Shown: positions 11,301-22,884 of the stretch, in pieces
How positions within the stretch are numbered: the first letter of the stretch is position 1
Layout: every line of letters starts with the position of its first letter
From: Gekko japonicus
Lineage: Eukaryota
NCBI RefSeq assembly: GCF_001447785.1
Contig: NW_015163195.1
Coordinates: forward strand, 1 to 59,807
Direction of reading: 5' to 3'
DNA: 59,807 nt
Program-made: the position numbers and the translations under genes
The notes under the pieces: model-generated
Databases searched by the model: none
What the model was told of the DNA's origin: nothing
What the model saw: the letters and a program-made list of their open reading frames with translations, nothing else

Positions 11301-12042
11301 GTTGAGAAACCACAGATTCTCTGGCATTAATCTGACAGGGGCAGGAGTGACACAACAGGAAATGTCCACATCTTCGCACATAGCTGACATCTTGGGTCCA
11401 TGCAAGGTTGGCTGGAGAGAAAGGCCCATTCTCTGCAACACTCGTTAAAAGGGATTCTTCCATTGGCCGATCTGAATTCTTGTCAGAAGGTCAGCAGGCA
11501 ACCCGAATCCAGAAGCCCAGAATACAATCCACATCCTACCTTTTACTCGGACCAGCCAAATGGCACAGAACAGAAATTCAGGCCAGGGAGTTGCTTGGGG
11601 GAGAAAGCGTAGGCCAAAACCACTAATCCAGCTCGCAGCCTGTTGACATGTTCCGGACATGCCTCTGGGTATAAATTATATTTCTCTCCCCTGACATTGT
11701 GAGACGCAATCCAGACAAAATCCCCTGAGCTTCCAGCCACCACTTTGCACTCCCTGCGGGCTTCCAATCCAGGAGCATCCCCGAGGACCGTAGGGGTTCT
11801 GCTCCCCCCCCAAAGGCAGTCTCGTTTTTGTATACCTCTGGCTGCTCTCGGGCATCAGAGACTTCCCACTGGTGACAGAGAGAGGCTTTTGAGGCCACCC
11901 ATCTTGGGGCTACCATGCAGCCACATCATGAAAACTTTGGGCTAAGCTGCTCTCATCTTGCAAACAGGATGAACAGGAACCGAAAGCCTGGAGGAGGATG
12001 AGGAATCCAACCTTGACTTGTCATCCATGTGCAAAGGTGAGT
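11301..12042 (+). promoter_or_regulatory. Candidate promoter and 5' leader exon of OR-2
   Basis: Block conserved in 4 units; TATAAAT at 11670; donor CAAAG|GTGAGT at 12036/12037. Confidence 0.6.
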
Positions 12043-12346
12043 AGGTTTCTCCAGCCAACCGTGTTTCTAGAGGCTGAGTAGTTCCTCTCTCAAAGGGCAG
12101 GCAGAAAAGGGGGTGACTTCCTGAGTCCTTTGGCTGGCCGCAGCCACTCCAGGTGCGCCTCACTGAGCTACGGTTTGTTCAGGAGAATGGAATGGAGACC
12201 ACATGTATTTTCTCTAAGATAATAAAATATACCTTGAACAAAGGACGACAGTTCGTGTCTTTGCTGCTTCTGCAGCTCAGATTAAGGCAACCAAGGTAAT
12301 GCCTCAATAAAAGAACAACCATACAATGTTATCTTTTGCATGTAAC

Positions 12347-12452
12347 CAGTGTTCCCTCAAAACTGAGTTAGTGTGAGCTAGCTCACAGTTTTTTAGCCTC
12401 CAGCTCACACATTTTTGTCTCAGCTCAGGAAGGATGGCTGACCAAGACTGAG
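12347..12452 (+). mobile_element. hAT-like MITE family A, truncated by CR1
   Basis: CAGTGTTCCCTC terminus. Confidence 0.7.
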
Positions 12453-12469
12453 CAAGAGAGAGATCTTGT

Positions 12470-13280
12470 AGACATAGTAGATAATTCAATGAAAATGTTG
12501 AGACAGTGTGTGACTGCAATAAAGAAGGCCAACGCTATGCTGGGGATTATTAGGAAGGGAACTGAAAACAAATCAGCCAGTTATCATAATGCCCCTGTAT
12601 AAGTCAATGGTGCGTCCTCATTTGGAGTACTGTGTACAGTTCTGGTCACCACACCTCAAAAAGGATATTATAGCATTGGAAAAAGTGCAGAAGAGGGCAA
12701 CTAGAATGATCAAAGGGTTGGGACACTTTCCCTATGAAGAATGGTTAAAGCGCTTGGGGCTCTTTAGCTTGGAGAAACGACGGCTGAGAGGTGACATGAT
12801 CGAGGTCTAAAGGATTATGCATGGGATAGAGCAGGTCGAGAAAGAAGTCCTTTTCTCCCTTTCTCACAATACAAGAACTCGTGGGCACTCCATGAAATTG
12901 CTGAGCGGTCGGGTTAGAACGGATAAAAGGAAGCACTTCTTCACCCAAAGAGTGATTAACACTTGGAATTCACTGCCACAGGAGTTGGTGGAAGCTACAA
13001 GCATTGATGGCTTCAAGAGGGAACTGGATAAATATCTGAAGCAGAGGTCCATCAGTGGCTATTAGCCACAAGGTATAGATAGGAACTCTCAGTCTGGGGC
13101 AAGGGATGCTCTGTATTCTGGGTGCTTGGGGGGGGCAACAGTGGGAGGGCTTCTAGTGTCCTGGCCCCACTGCTGGACCTCCTGGTGGCACCTGGTATTT
13201 CTGGCCACTATGTGACAGAGTGTTGGACTGGATGGGCCATTGGCCTGATCCAGCATCGGCTTTTCTTATGTTCTTATGTT
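12470..13280 (+). mobile_element. CR1 LINE 3' fragment
   Basis: [20 protein letters not shown]...[10 protein letters not shown]; (TTCTTATG)n tail. Confidence 0.92.
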
Positions 13281-13476
13281 CAAACAGTGAATAACCAATA
13301 ACAGATAGGAGAATCCATTGAGAAGAGAACCATAAAAAAAACTCAGGCATCAGACAGGGGAGGAGGNNNNNNNNNNNNNNNNNNNNNNNNNNNNNNNNNN
13401 NNATGCACACGAAAGCTTAGCCCTAGAATTAAACTTTCTTGATCTTAAAGGTGCCCAACTGGACTCAAACTTTGTT

Positions 13477-14098
13477 TATTATTTATTTATTTATTTCATC
13501 ACATTTCTATACCGTTCCTTCCCGAAGGCTCGGAGCGGTTTACACATATATTTAATCATCTGACTAGGGTGGAGATATTCAGTGGAGATGTATGCCTTAC
13601 CAGGCACCTTAAGCAGCGTAGATCTTTTTTTTCTTTCTGAGGCGGGTCTTGCTGGAACCAAGCGGTAGTGTCTTTTTTCTGGTGGAGGTCTGTTCTCTTC
13701 GGCTCGGCTCCTCCGGGCTGGCCCTCCATGGCGCGCGGCTGCATGATGAGTCGCACTGGTCTCTGTCCCGCAGGCTCCGACCGTGCTTACATCACCACGC
13801 CTCCTGGACCACACCTCCACAAGTTGCCTGCCGTTTTTTGCCGCCGATCCGTCGCCGTGCTCTTTTTCTGCCGGCTCGTTCATTGCCGCTGCTGCCCTCC
13901 AGTATTGGAGGTAGGATGCCCCCCCACTCCTAAGGAGTGGGTACCCATTTGTCTAATCGCCACTTTAAGGGCTTTCGAGCCGCTGGGTGGGCGGGAGCTA
14001 GGACGAGGGCCAGGAGCTCACCCCAGCCGCGGTGGGTGTTAACAGCTGTTCGGAGATAGATTACTTGCAGGCATTTACTGCCTGCGCCACCACTCCCT
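13477..14098 (-). mobile_element. Unclassified chimeric structured SINE, copy B
   Basis: Same head, module and tail as copy A; empty site in unit 3 near 25395. Confidence 0.7.
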
Positions 14099-14587
14099 TC
14101 CGTTCAACGCTCCCTTCCGTTCAACAGAAGTCGATAGACCCAGGATGGGGAGAACAGAGACATTGTCTTTTTGCACTGAGGAGACCATCCATGGAGAACC
14201 GCCCCCCTCACTATGCGTTTTTAAAATGTTCCTGATTTTTTCCCCTTTCCTTTGGATAGCAGGAAGCCTGTCTCGGTCACCTGCTGAATTCCAGCTATAG
14301 AAATGCTAATTCCTGGCTGGCAGAGTTCACTGAGGAATCTCCTGGGGCTCTTGGAGATTTCCCAGAATGCCTTCCAGGAGTGATCCCAGGATGCACCTGG
14401 GTGTCCCAGGGTCCACCTGTGTGACCTGGGCGGACCAGATCAAAAGGGGGTGGAGAGAGTGATGCTAAGTGGGCAGTCAGAGGTTTAATGGGTGGAGTCA
14501 GAGATTTAATAAAAGTGCTTGATCCCAGGAGGGAGGGTCTCTTGCTGCTGATCCTTCGAAGAGGACAGGCTGCTGAGCCCTGGTCTG

Positions 14588-14878
14588 AAGAGAAGAAGAG
14601 AAGAGATTGGATTTATGCCCCGCCCTTCACTACCCAAAGGGGTCTCAGAGCAGCTTACAAACTCCTTTCCTTTCACTTCCTCTCCCCACAACAGACACCC
14701 TGTGAGGTCAGTGGGGCTGAGAGAGCTCTGACAGAAACTGCTCTTTTTCAAGAACAGCTCTTATCAGAACTACGGCTTGCCCAAGGTCATGCAGCCAGGT
14801 GCAAATGGAGAAGTGGGGAATCAAACCCAGTTCCCCCAGATTAGAGTCCGCGCACTTAACCACTACACCAAACTGGCT
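14588..14878 (-). mobile_element. Squam3-type SINE, full length
   Basis: Head GCCAGTTTGGTGTAGTGGTTAAG on minus strand; (TTC)n tail. Confidence 0.85.
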
Positions 14879-14939
14879 TTAGAGAATTTGTAACTTTCTA
14901 AGAGGAGGTGCCTACCCTAGGGTTAGCATCAGTTAGGAT

Positions 14940-15357
14940 CAGTGTTCCCTCTAAGCTCAGTTAGTGTGAACTAGCTCATGGTTTTTTAGCCTCTGGTTCA
15001 CACATTTTTGCCTTTGCTCAGGAAGGATGGCTCCAGAGCAAACTAATTCATGCAGCAGCCAAATCACTCACTCACACCTTTAATGCCAGCAGCTCACAAA
15101 GTAGAATTTTTGCTCACAAGACTCCGCAGCTGAAAGGGAGCATTGCCTACAAGTGTTCCCTCCAGGATGAGTTAGTGTGAGCTAGCTTACAGTTTTTTTA
15201 GCCTCTGGCTCACACATTTTTGTCTTGGCTCAGGAAGGATGGCTCCAGAGCCAACTAATTTATGCAGTAGCCAAATTGCTTGCTCAGAACTTTAATGCCA
15301 GTGGCTCACAAAGTAGAAGTTTTGCTCAGAACACTCCACAGCTTAGAGGGAGCATCA
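14940..15357 (+). mobile_element. Tandem dimer of hAT-like MITE family A
   Basis: Two ~205-bp copies; flanks GTTAGGAT/GTTAGGGT. Confidence 0.8.
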
Positions 15358-16110
15358 GTTAGGGTACGTTGAGATGAGAGGGAAAGAAAAGAGGATGCTT
15401 TTATATAACCACCTTTCTTTTGTTCTTCCATGTGCTGAATTCTGTGTAGTGCTAAAGCATACTCGTAAACATTTTCTTTTTAAATAAATATCTTACTCTT
15501 AGATGCTGGTGGCGGTTCTTTGTACCATCGAGCCCTCGAACTGCGGTTGGACATGCTACAGTAAGAAGGGGGCCCCATGGCAGAAGGAAGAGGTCAGGGT
15601 GCAATTGGCCAGCCCTCCAGGGGAACCCCAAAGCTGCATTTGGTCCCCATGGTAACCAGGTGCTGGGTAGCAAGTGGCCTTGAGGCCAGGCCTCAGGAGA
15701 AAGAAGGGAGTTAGAAGTCTGTCTCCCCAGCAGGAAGACCCCAGGAGGACAATAGTGGCAGTGGTGAACTAGTGGAAGGAAGCAGAAGAGCTCCTTTTAG
15801 AAGATGGGAACCCAATAAATGGAGTGAGCAGAACAGGGTCTGTAGGTGAAGCAGGTCTTTTCCGTTACACCATCCATTGGGGGTGCCGGGGTGGGCAGCT
15901 TCAGAGGAGTGAGGACAGGAGGAACCAGAAGTCATGACATAATAACACATCTGATATCCATGTGGGGCACGATTCCAAGAACCCCACTTCTCCCACTGGA
16001 CTTCAGTGAGCTTCAAGCTGCCTGGAGGCACCCCAAATACGCTTGCCATGCCAAGGTGTCTTCCCTCAGCTGATTTTTTTCTCTCCTTACAGATGAGTCC
16101 TGAAGTCTCA

Positions 16111-17067
16111 ATGGGAGTGAGGAATCAGACACGAGAGGTGGAATTCGTCTTCCTGGGTTTCTCCGGCATTCCGAACAGCCACATCTACCTCTTCCTGCCA
16201 TTCCTAGTCATTTACTTGGTCACTATACTGGGGAATCTCATGATATTTACTCTGATTCAACTGGATTCCAGCCTCCATACACCCATGTATTACTTCCTCA
16301 GCCACCTCTCCTTCCTAGATATCTGCATCTCCTCCACCACAGTCCCCAAGATCCTGGTGAACTTCTTGTGTCAGCGACAGACCATAACCTACAACCAGTG
16401 CCTGGCCCAGGTGTTCTTCCTGATGTCTTTCACGGGGACAGAGGCTGCGTTGCTGGCCGTCATGGCCTACGACCGCTATGCTGCCATCTGCAAGCCTTTG
16501 CATTACTCCAGCCTTATGAACACCAAGGTGTGCGCCATTTTGGCCTTTGCCACCTGGGTCTGGGGCTTCCTAGATGCTGCTCTCCACACAGCTCTCAGCT
16601 CCAAGTTGCAGTTTTGTGGAGTCAACCAGATTCATCACATTTTCTGCGATATTCCTCCACTGATGAAAATTGCTTGCAACGATGTGCATATCAATCAACT
16701 AGTAATCTACATAACAAGCCCTTTGGTGGCCACGGCCCCTTTCCTGTTCACGATCCTCTCCTACATCTTCATCCTGTCCTCCATCTTGAAGATCCGTTCC
16801 ACCACCGGCAAGCGCAAAGCTTTTTCCACCTGTGTTTCCCACCTCACCGTTGTCATAATTTACTTTGGAAATGGATTACTTAACTATAACCGTCCAAGCG
16901 CTGGTTATTCCTTAGAGACTGACACCCTGGTCTCCACCATGTACTGCATCATCACCCCAATGCTGAACCCCCTCATCTACAGCCTCCGGAACAAGGAGGT
17001 GAAAGGGGCCTTCAGGAAGGTTCTAGAAAGTCAGGGAAAGTCAAAACATCACCACATTATAAATTAG
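16111..17067 (+). CDS. Olfactory receptor OR-2, intact, 318 aa (alternative in-frame ATG at 16093)
   Basis: All OR motifs; start MGVRNQT matches paralogs; acceptor AG at 16091-16092. Confidence 0.96.
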   Translation: MGVRNQTREVEFVFLGFSGIPNSHIYLFLPFLVIYLVTILGNLMIFTLIQLDSSLHTPMYYFLSHLSFLDICISSTTVPKILVNFLCQRQTITYNQCLAQVFFLMSFTGTEAALLAVMAYDRYAAICKPLHYSSLMNTKVCAILAFATWVWGFLDAALHTALSSKLQFCGVNQIHHIFCDIPPLMKIACNDVHINQLVIYITSPLVATAPFLFTILSYIFILSSILKIRSTTGKRKAFSTCVSHLTVVIIYFGNGLLNYNRPSAGYSLETDTLVSTMYCIITPMLNPLIYSLRNKEVKGAFRKVLESQGKSKHHHIIN

Positions 17068-17507
17068 GGCACCCAGGAGATGTTTTGTATTCCCTTTAGA
17101 GCTATTGGCTGTGGAACAGTATCAACTCTGGCGGTTTGTTTTTGTTTTTGGGCTGTAGTGGACATTATTGAGGGAGTAAGAAAGACACAGATTCAACAGG
17201 TGTGAAAAAAATGAAACAGGGTACGGAAACATGAGTAGCACGCACTATACAATAAGCTAAAATCAAGAAGCAATAGAATATGGAAGACAAAGGAGAAAAA
17301 GAATGAAAAAAATTGGGAACGATGGAGAGCACAGCAGATATATCATTTGCCAAACACCCGATTCCAAGCATCTCTCAATAGAGGGAGATGAAATAGCTGG
17401 TGCTGTAATAAGATCTTGTTAGTCTTTAAAGGCCCCCAAGACTCTTTTCTGCTTCTACTGCAGCCGCCCAACACACACACAGTCCTCTCTCTCAGGAAGA
17501 AGTAGCA

Positions 17508-17800
17508 CAGTTTGGTGTAGTGGTTAAGAGCAGTGGACTCTAATCTGGAGAACCGGGTTTGATTCCCCACTCCTCTTCCACATGCTACCAGCTGGGTAGC
17601 CTAGGGTCAGTCACAATTCTCTCAGAGCTGTTCTCTTAAGAGCAGTTCTCTCGGGCCCACCTACCTCACAGGGTGTCTATTGTGGGGAGAGGAAGGGAAG
17701 GAGATTGTAAGTCATTTCGAGACTCCTTTGAGTAGTGAATGGCCGGGTATAAAAACCAACTCCTCCTCCTCCTCCTCCTCCTCCTCCTCTTCTTCTTCTT
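17508..17800 (+). mobile_element. Squam3-type SINE
   Basis: tRNA-like head and (TCC/TTC)n tail. Confidence 0.85.
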
Positions 17801-18049
17801 TGCTTTCTCCTCTCCAGCAAGGCTCACCCCACCCCCTCTGCTCTCATTTCCCAACCCCACTATACTTCCATAAGGGATCAGTCCATATGTGGGCAGTCTC
17901 ATAAGAACATAAGAACATAAGAGACGCCAATGTTGGATCAGGCCAAAGGCCCATCCAGTCCAACACTCTGTGTCACACAGTGGCCAGAAATACCAGTGCT
18001 ATTCCATCCCGTCTAGGTGGCTTTGCAGGATGATGTTCTGGGACTAGGG

Positions 18050-18072
18050 GGAAGAAGAAGAAGAAGAAGAAG

Positions 18073-18101
<29 letters not shown>
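18050..18101. repeat. (GAA)n microsatellite
   Basis: Seen directly. Confidence 0.95.
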
Positions 18102-18103
<2 letters not shown>

Positions 18104-18742
18104 TGATTAATACACATTGCTAGCATATCTAATTTAAATATTGTTAGAGAATATATGGAATGTTGGGCAACAGATGGTATTTCTGTCAGCAGAACAAGGC
18201 CTTGATTTCCTCATCAAGCCAAAATGATCCCGGAAATGCTGCTCCTAAGGGAGAGAGGACCCCCAGGAACAATATGAAGGTCTCCAACGGAAGGGAAAAA
18301 TCAGCAGTAATTGCCCCTTTTTTGTTTGTGGAAACTAACTGCATGAATCAGCCCCCTGTCCTCTTGCTATATACACAACTGAGTATACAGTATTAACAAA
18401 CATGGAATGAGTCGTATATTATCTAAATACAGCATGAGTGGAAAGAAAAAAGGGGGAAAACAATGTATATTCATAAAGTCATCAGTCATCAGATCCCATG
18501 CTGTCATAAACAGAGCAAGGAATTGTTTTTCACCTTCCTGCAGCATCCTGTGCCCTCCCCAACCCAGCGCTGAGTACTGGCCTACTTCCAGAGCAGTAGG
18601 TTGTGTAGCACTTGGCGGGGGGGGGGGGGCATGTGCTTCCTTCTGTGGAGGCCTGGGGTACCAATTGCTACCCTTTCCTGGCTTCACAGGGAAGTCTTGT
18701 TTCACAGGGATGTTGGGAGTGATTGCTCCTCTGATCAAACTA

Positions 18743-18879
18743 CTGTGTTTCCCCGAAAATAAGACACTGCCTTATATTTATTTTTTCTCAAGAAGACACA
18801 CTAGGGCTTATACCACAAATGCATAGAAATCCTGCTAGGGCTTATTTTTGGGGTAGGTCTTATTTTCGGGGAAACAGGG
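18743..18879. mobile_element. Tc1/mariner (pogo/Tc2-like) MITE
   Basis: TIR ...TGTTTCCCCGAAAATAAGAC; TA TSD. Confidence 0.8.
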
Positions 18880-21126
18880 TAGATCCTGTTTTAAAAATGC
18901 ATACACCTATGGCTCCTCCTGTCCCCTTTTCCTTTTAGGCTAGCAGTAATGACTTCAGCCTGGAGCATTTCCTGCAGAATAATGACCGATGTGGTTAATG
19001 GCCCCCAGCCGAGACCTGGGCCATCAACTCCTCTTAACCAGCCATTAATCTCAAGGAAATGCCTCCCATCTCAATTGTTATTGCAGATCTCTGCAGGGAG
19101 AGCAGATCTCTGCAGGGAAAATAAAGTGTATTTTCCCCAATCAAAACTTAAATGCCACTGTGAACTTCTCAATGTCATAGTGTCACACGGTATGTTAAAC
19201 AGATTAAGAAATTATTCACTTCCATCTCTTTGAGCATCATTTCCCAAAATCGACTGAACACTATTATTGTAAGTGCTCTGTCTGTGTGTGTTTACTTTGC
19301 AGAAGAATTCAAAAATTTAAAAGCTTCCACATCAGAAAATAATAGTGCTGTAAAAGGTTTTCTCTAATCTAGGTTATGTTTATTATCCTGTGGCATGACC
19401 AGAAAGGCCCAAGAAACACGTTTATCCTTTTTCACCCAGGAATTTGTCATTCTTTATACTTTGTACAAAAGAGTACTATGTGTTCACTGACCAGCCTCCA
19501 CAGTGGTATGAAATGTATTTGGCCCTTTTTACCAATAAGATCAACTGAGACAACTCCCTCAGGCCGGAAAATTTGGGGGACTGGCAGCCTCCTGTCCTGC
19601 CTATTACTAGCCTCCGTGTTGCCACGTCTGGGTTGGGAAACACCTGGAGATTTTTTTGGGGGGGTGGAGACACAGAGTGTTGGACTAGATGGGCCTTTGG
19701 CCTGACCCAACATTGGCTTCTCTTATGTTCTTATAACTGTTTCTAGAACTGGAGCAAATAGATATCCATCATGACCCATAGCCATTGATAGCTCTGTCCT
19801 CCATGAATTCAAAGAAGAACATATGTTGTTACATGTGATGAATGCAACCAAGGTATCGTCTCAGAAAGCAAAACATGGCATTTGACTATAAATACACATA
19901 TTCTTATGCAGAATGCTATCTTGGTAGGAAAATCTTCATGTGCGAAGCGGCTCCTAGAACCACCAACTTCAGTGTCTAACACGAGCCACTGCTTTGACCT
20001 GTATTTTGGAAACCAAGCCCTGACCCTGGAAACAGTATCTTCCTAGAAATAAAATTAGTTGGAATTTTTTTCTTCATCGTATATGCATGTTGATGTATAA
20101 AGAATCGAGTAAAATGTGTCCTGATGTTTCCTAGAGTAAGTTTTTTAGAATTTTGGGCGCGATCGGAGGATAAGAGGGAGTAATAGAAAAGAAGAGGGCG
20201 GTCAAAGGCTGGAGTGTAACCTCCATGTGCAAAGGCTGTGTATGTCGAAACGCCACCTGCTCAGGATTCGTAGTTGGGGCAACTGCAACCCTTATGCAGT
20301 GTTCATTTGTTTCTCAAAAACGTTTGGTTGGCCGATGGCCGCTGTAGTGAATGCAATGCTGGACTAGAGGGGACTGAAGGAAACCTCCATGTTTTCTGAG
20401 CCAGCGAACCTCTGAATCCCAGTGCCAGGAAGCAACATCAGGGGAAGGCCTCAGCCTCTGTGCCCCGTTGTTGGTTTCCAGAGGAACTGGAGGTTGGCTA
20501 CTGTGTGATACAGGATGGTGGACTAGATGGACCACTGGTCTGATCCAGCAGGGGTCTTCTGGCATTCTTATGGGTACCAATGTCATGGTTTGCTTACAGT
20601 GCCCAAGGAAACCTTGGGCTGGCACTGGATGGGTTAGAGAAATCATGTGGAAATTGTTGTATATGTTTTACTGGCAGGGTGGGAGGGAGAAAAACCTCAT
20701 AAATAAATAAATAAATAGATAACAAAACAGATAAAATTTGGACTTGGAGGTCGCCATTATTAAAAGGCTGGGACCCACTGTTCTAATATGCCTAAGTGAA
20801 GATGGATAGAGACAGAGTAGAAGACATCTAGCCCCTATGGTTGTTAGAAGAAGAAGAGGGAAGTGGAATAGTCAGCCATAATGAAGGAGGTTTTCCTAAG
20901 AACAGGAGTCCACGGTCAAAGGGATAGCAGCAGAGCAGTTCCAAGTGAAAAGGATATAGATAGTCCTGACCTCTTTGCCTTTCTGGTTCTATTGCTCCCT
21001 CCAAATTCTGTAAGCTTGTTTTCAGAGACCTTGTAGGGTCCATTTCTTCCAACAAAAACAACCCTATGGAAAGGGAACTCAGAGGGGGAAAGCTGTTCTG
21101 CCTTATGTTCACAGCAAGTCCTTATT

Positions 21127-22072
21127 GTTGAAACACCACAGATTCTCTGGCATTAATCTGACAGGGGCAAGAGTGACACAACAGGAAATGTCCACATCTT
21201 TGCACGTAGCTGCCATCTTGGATCCATGCAAGGTTGGCTGGAGAGAAAAGCACATCCTCTCTGTAACACTCGTTAAAAGGGATTCTTCCATTGGCAGGTC
21301 TGAATTCCTGTCAGAAGGTCAGCTGGCAACCCAAATTCAGAAGCCCAGAATACAATCCACATCCTACCTTTTACTCGGACCAGCCAAATGGCACAGAACA
21401 GAAATTCAGGCCAGGGAGTCGCTTGGGGGAGAAAGCGTAGGCCAAAACCAGTAATCCAACCCACAGCCTGTTGACATGTTCTGGACATGCCTCTGGGTAT
21501 AAATTATATTTCTCTCCCCTGACATTGTGAGACGCAATCCAGACAAAATCCCCTGAGCTTCCAGCCACCACTTTGCACTCCCTGCGGGCTTCCAATCCAG
21601 GAGCATCCCCGAGGACCGTAGGGGTTCTGCTCCCCCCCCAAAGGCAGTCTCGTTTTTGTATACCTCTGGCTGCTCTCGGGCATCAGAGACTTCCCACTGG
21701 TGACAGAGAGAGGCTTTTGAGGCCACCCATCTTGGGGCTACCATGCAGCCACATCATGAATCACTCCCTGCGGGCTTCCGACCCAGGAGCATCCTCGAGG
21801 ACCCTAGCTCAAGAGCAGGGTTCTGCCCCCACCCCCCAAGGCAGCCTTAGTTTTGTATACCTCTGGCTGCTCTCGGGCATCAGAGACTTCCCACTGGCAG
21901 CAGAGAGAGCCTTTTGAGGCCACACGTCTTGGGGCTACCATGCAGCCACATCATGAAGACTTTGGGCCAAACTGCTCTCATCTCGCAAACAGGATGAACA
22001 GGAACCGAAAGCCCGGAGGAGGAGGAGGAGGAAGCCGACCTTGACTTGTGTCATCCATGTGCAAAGGTGAGC
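21127..22072 (+). promoter_or_regulatory. Candidate promoter and leader exon of OR-3 (internal tandem duplication)
   Basis: TATAAAT at 21498; donor CAAAG|GTGAGC at 22066/22067. Confidence 0.6.
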
Positions 22073-22235
22073 AGGTTTTTTAGGCCAGCATATTTCCAGG
22101 TGCCAGGCAATCCCCCTCTCAACACGAGGTGGGTTCTCAAGCCCTTTGGCTGGCAGCAGCCACTACAAGTGAGTCTTACTGAGCCATGGTTTGTTCCGAT
22201 TTAAGAACTGTTCAGTGGAATAGAATGGAGATCAT

Positions 22236-22470
22236 CAATGTTCCCTCAAAGCTGTGGAGCAAAAATTCTACTTTGTGAGCTGCTGGCATTAAAGTTGTGA
22301 GCGAGCGATTTGGCTACTGCATCAATGAGTGTGTTTTGGAGCCACCCTTCGCGAGCCGAGACAAAAATGAGCCAGAGGCTAAAAAACCCTATGAGCTAGC
22401 TCACACTACCTCGGGAGGCTAAAAAACCCTATGAGCTAGCTCACACTAACTCGGCTTAGAGACAACACTG
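22236..22470 (-). mobile_element. hAT-like MITE family A (same site in units 4 and 5 at 34846-35052 and 45716-45954)
   Basis: TSD ~GAGACCAC; empty site near 12195 in unit 2. Confidence 0.85.
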
Positions 22471-22884
22471 GAGACCACCTATGTTTCCTCTAAGATGATA
22501 AAATATACCATGAACAAAGGATGACAGTTTGTGTTTTTGCCACTTGGACAGCTCAAATTAATGCCCCAATAAAAGAACAACAATACAATGCTATCATTTG
22601 CTTGTAGCACCAGTTCTGCTTTCCAAAGTAAAGTAAGCAAAACGCCCCACCAGTGAATCCTGTTCCAAGGACATTGCAGGCAAAATATCAATAGGGGGAA
22701 GATAAGAAAGGGAATTTGACAGAAGGAAGGAGAGGGAGAAGCAGGCACAGAGGGGATTTGACTGACCACGTAAAATATGGTTTCAAGGGTTCATTTGCCA
22801 GGGAAGGGATTTGACTGGCCACGTAAAACATGGAGGACGGCTAACAGAATGCAAACAGGCTTTGGCAGCTGTGCAGACATGTTG

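Noticed and set aside
13491-13883. 130-aa ORF in SINE copy B
   Set aside because: The equivalent ATG in copy A stops after 15 codons; GC-rich chance ORF
16006-16110. N-terminal ORF extensions of OR-2 (16006) and OR-5 (49321)
   Set aside because: They use non-ATG starts and run through the intronic polypyrimidine tract and acceptor
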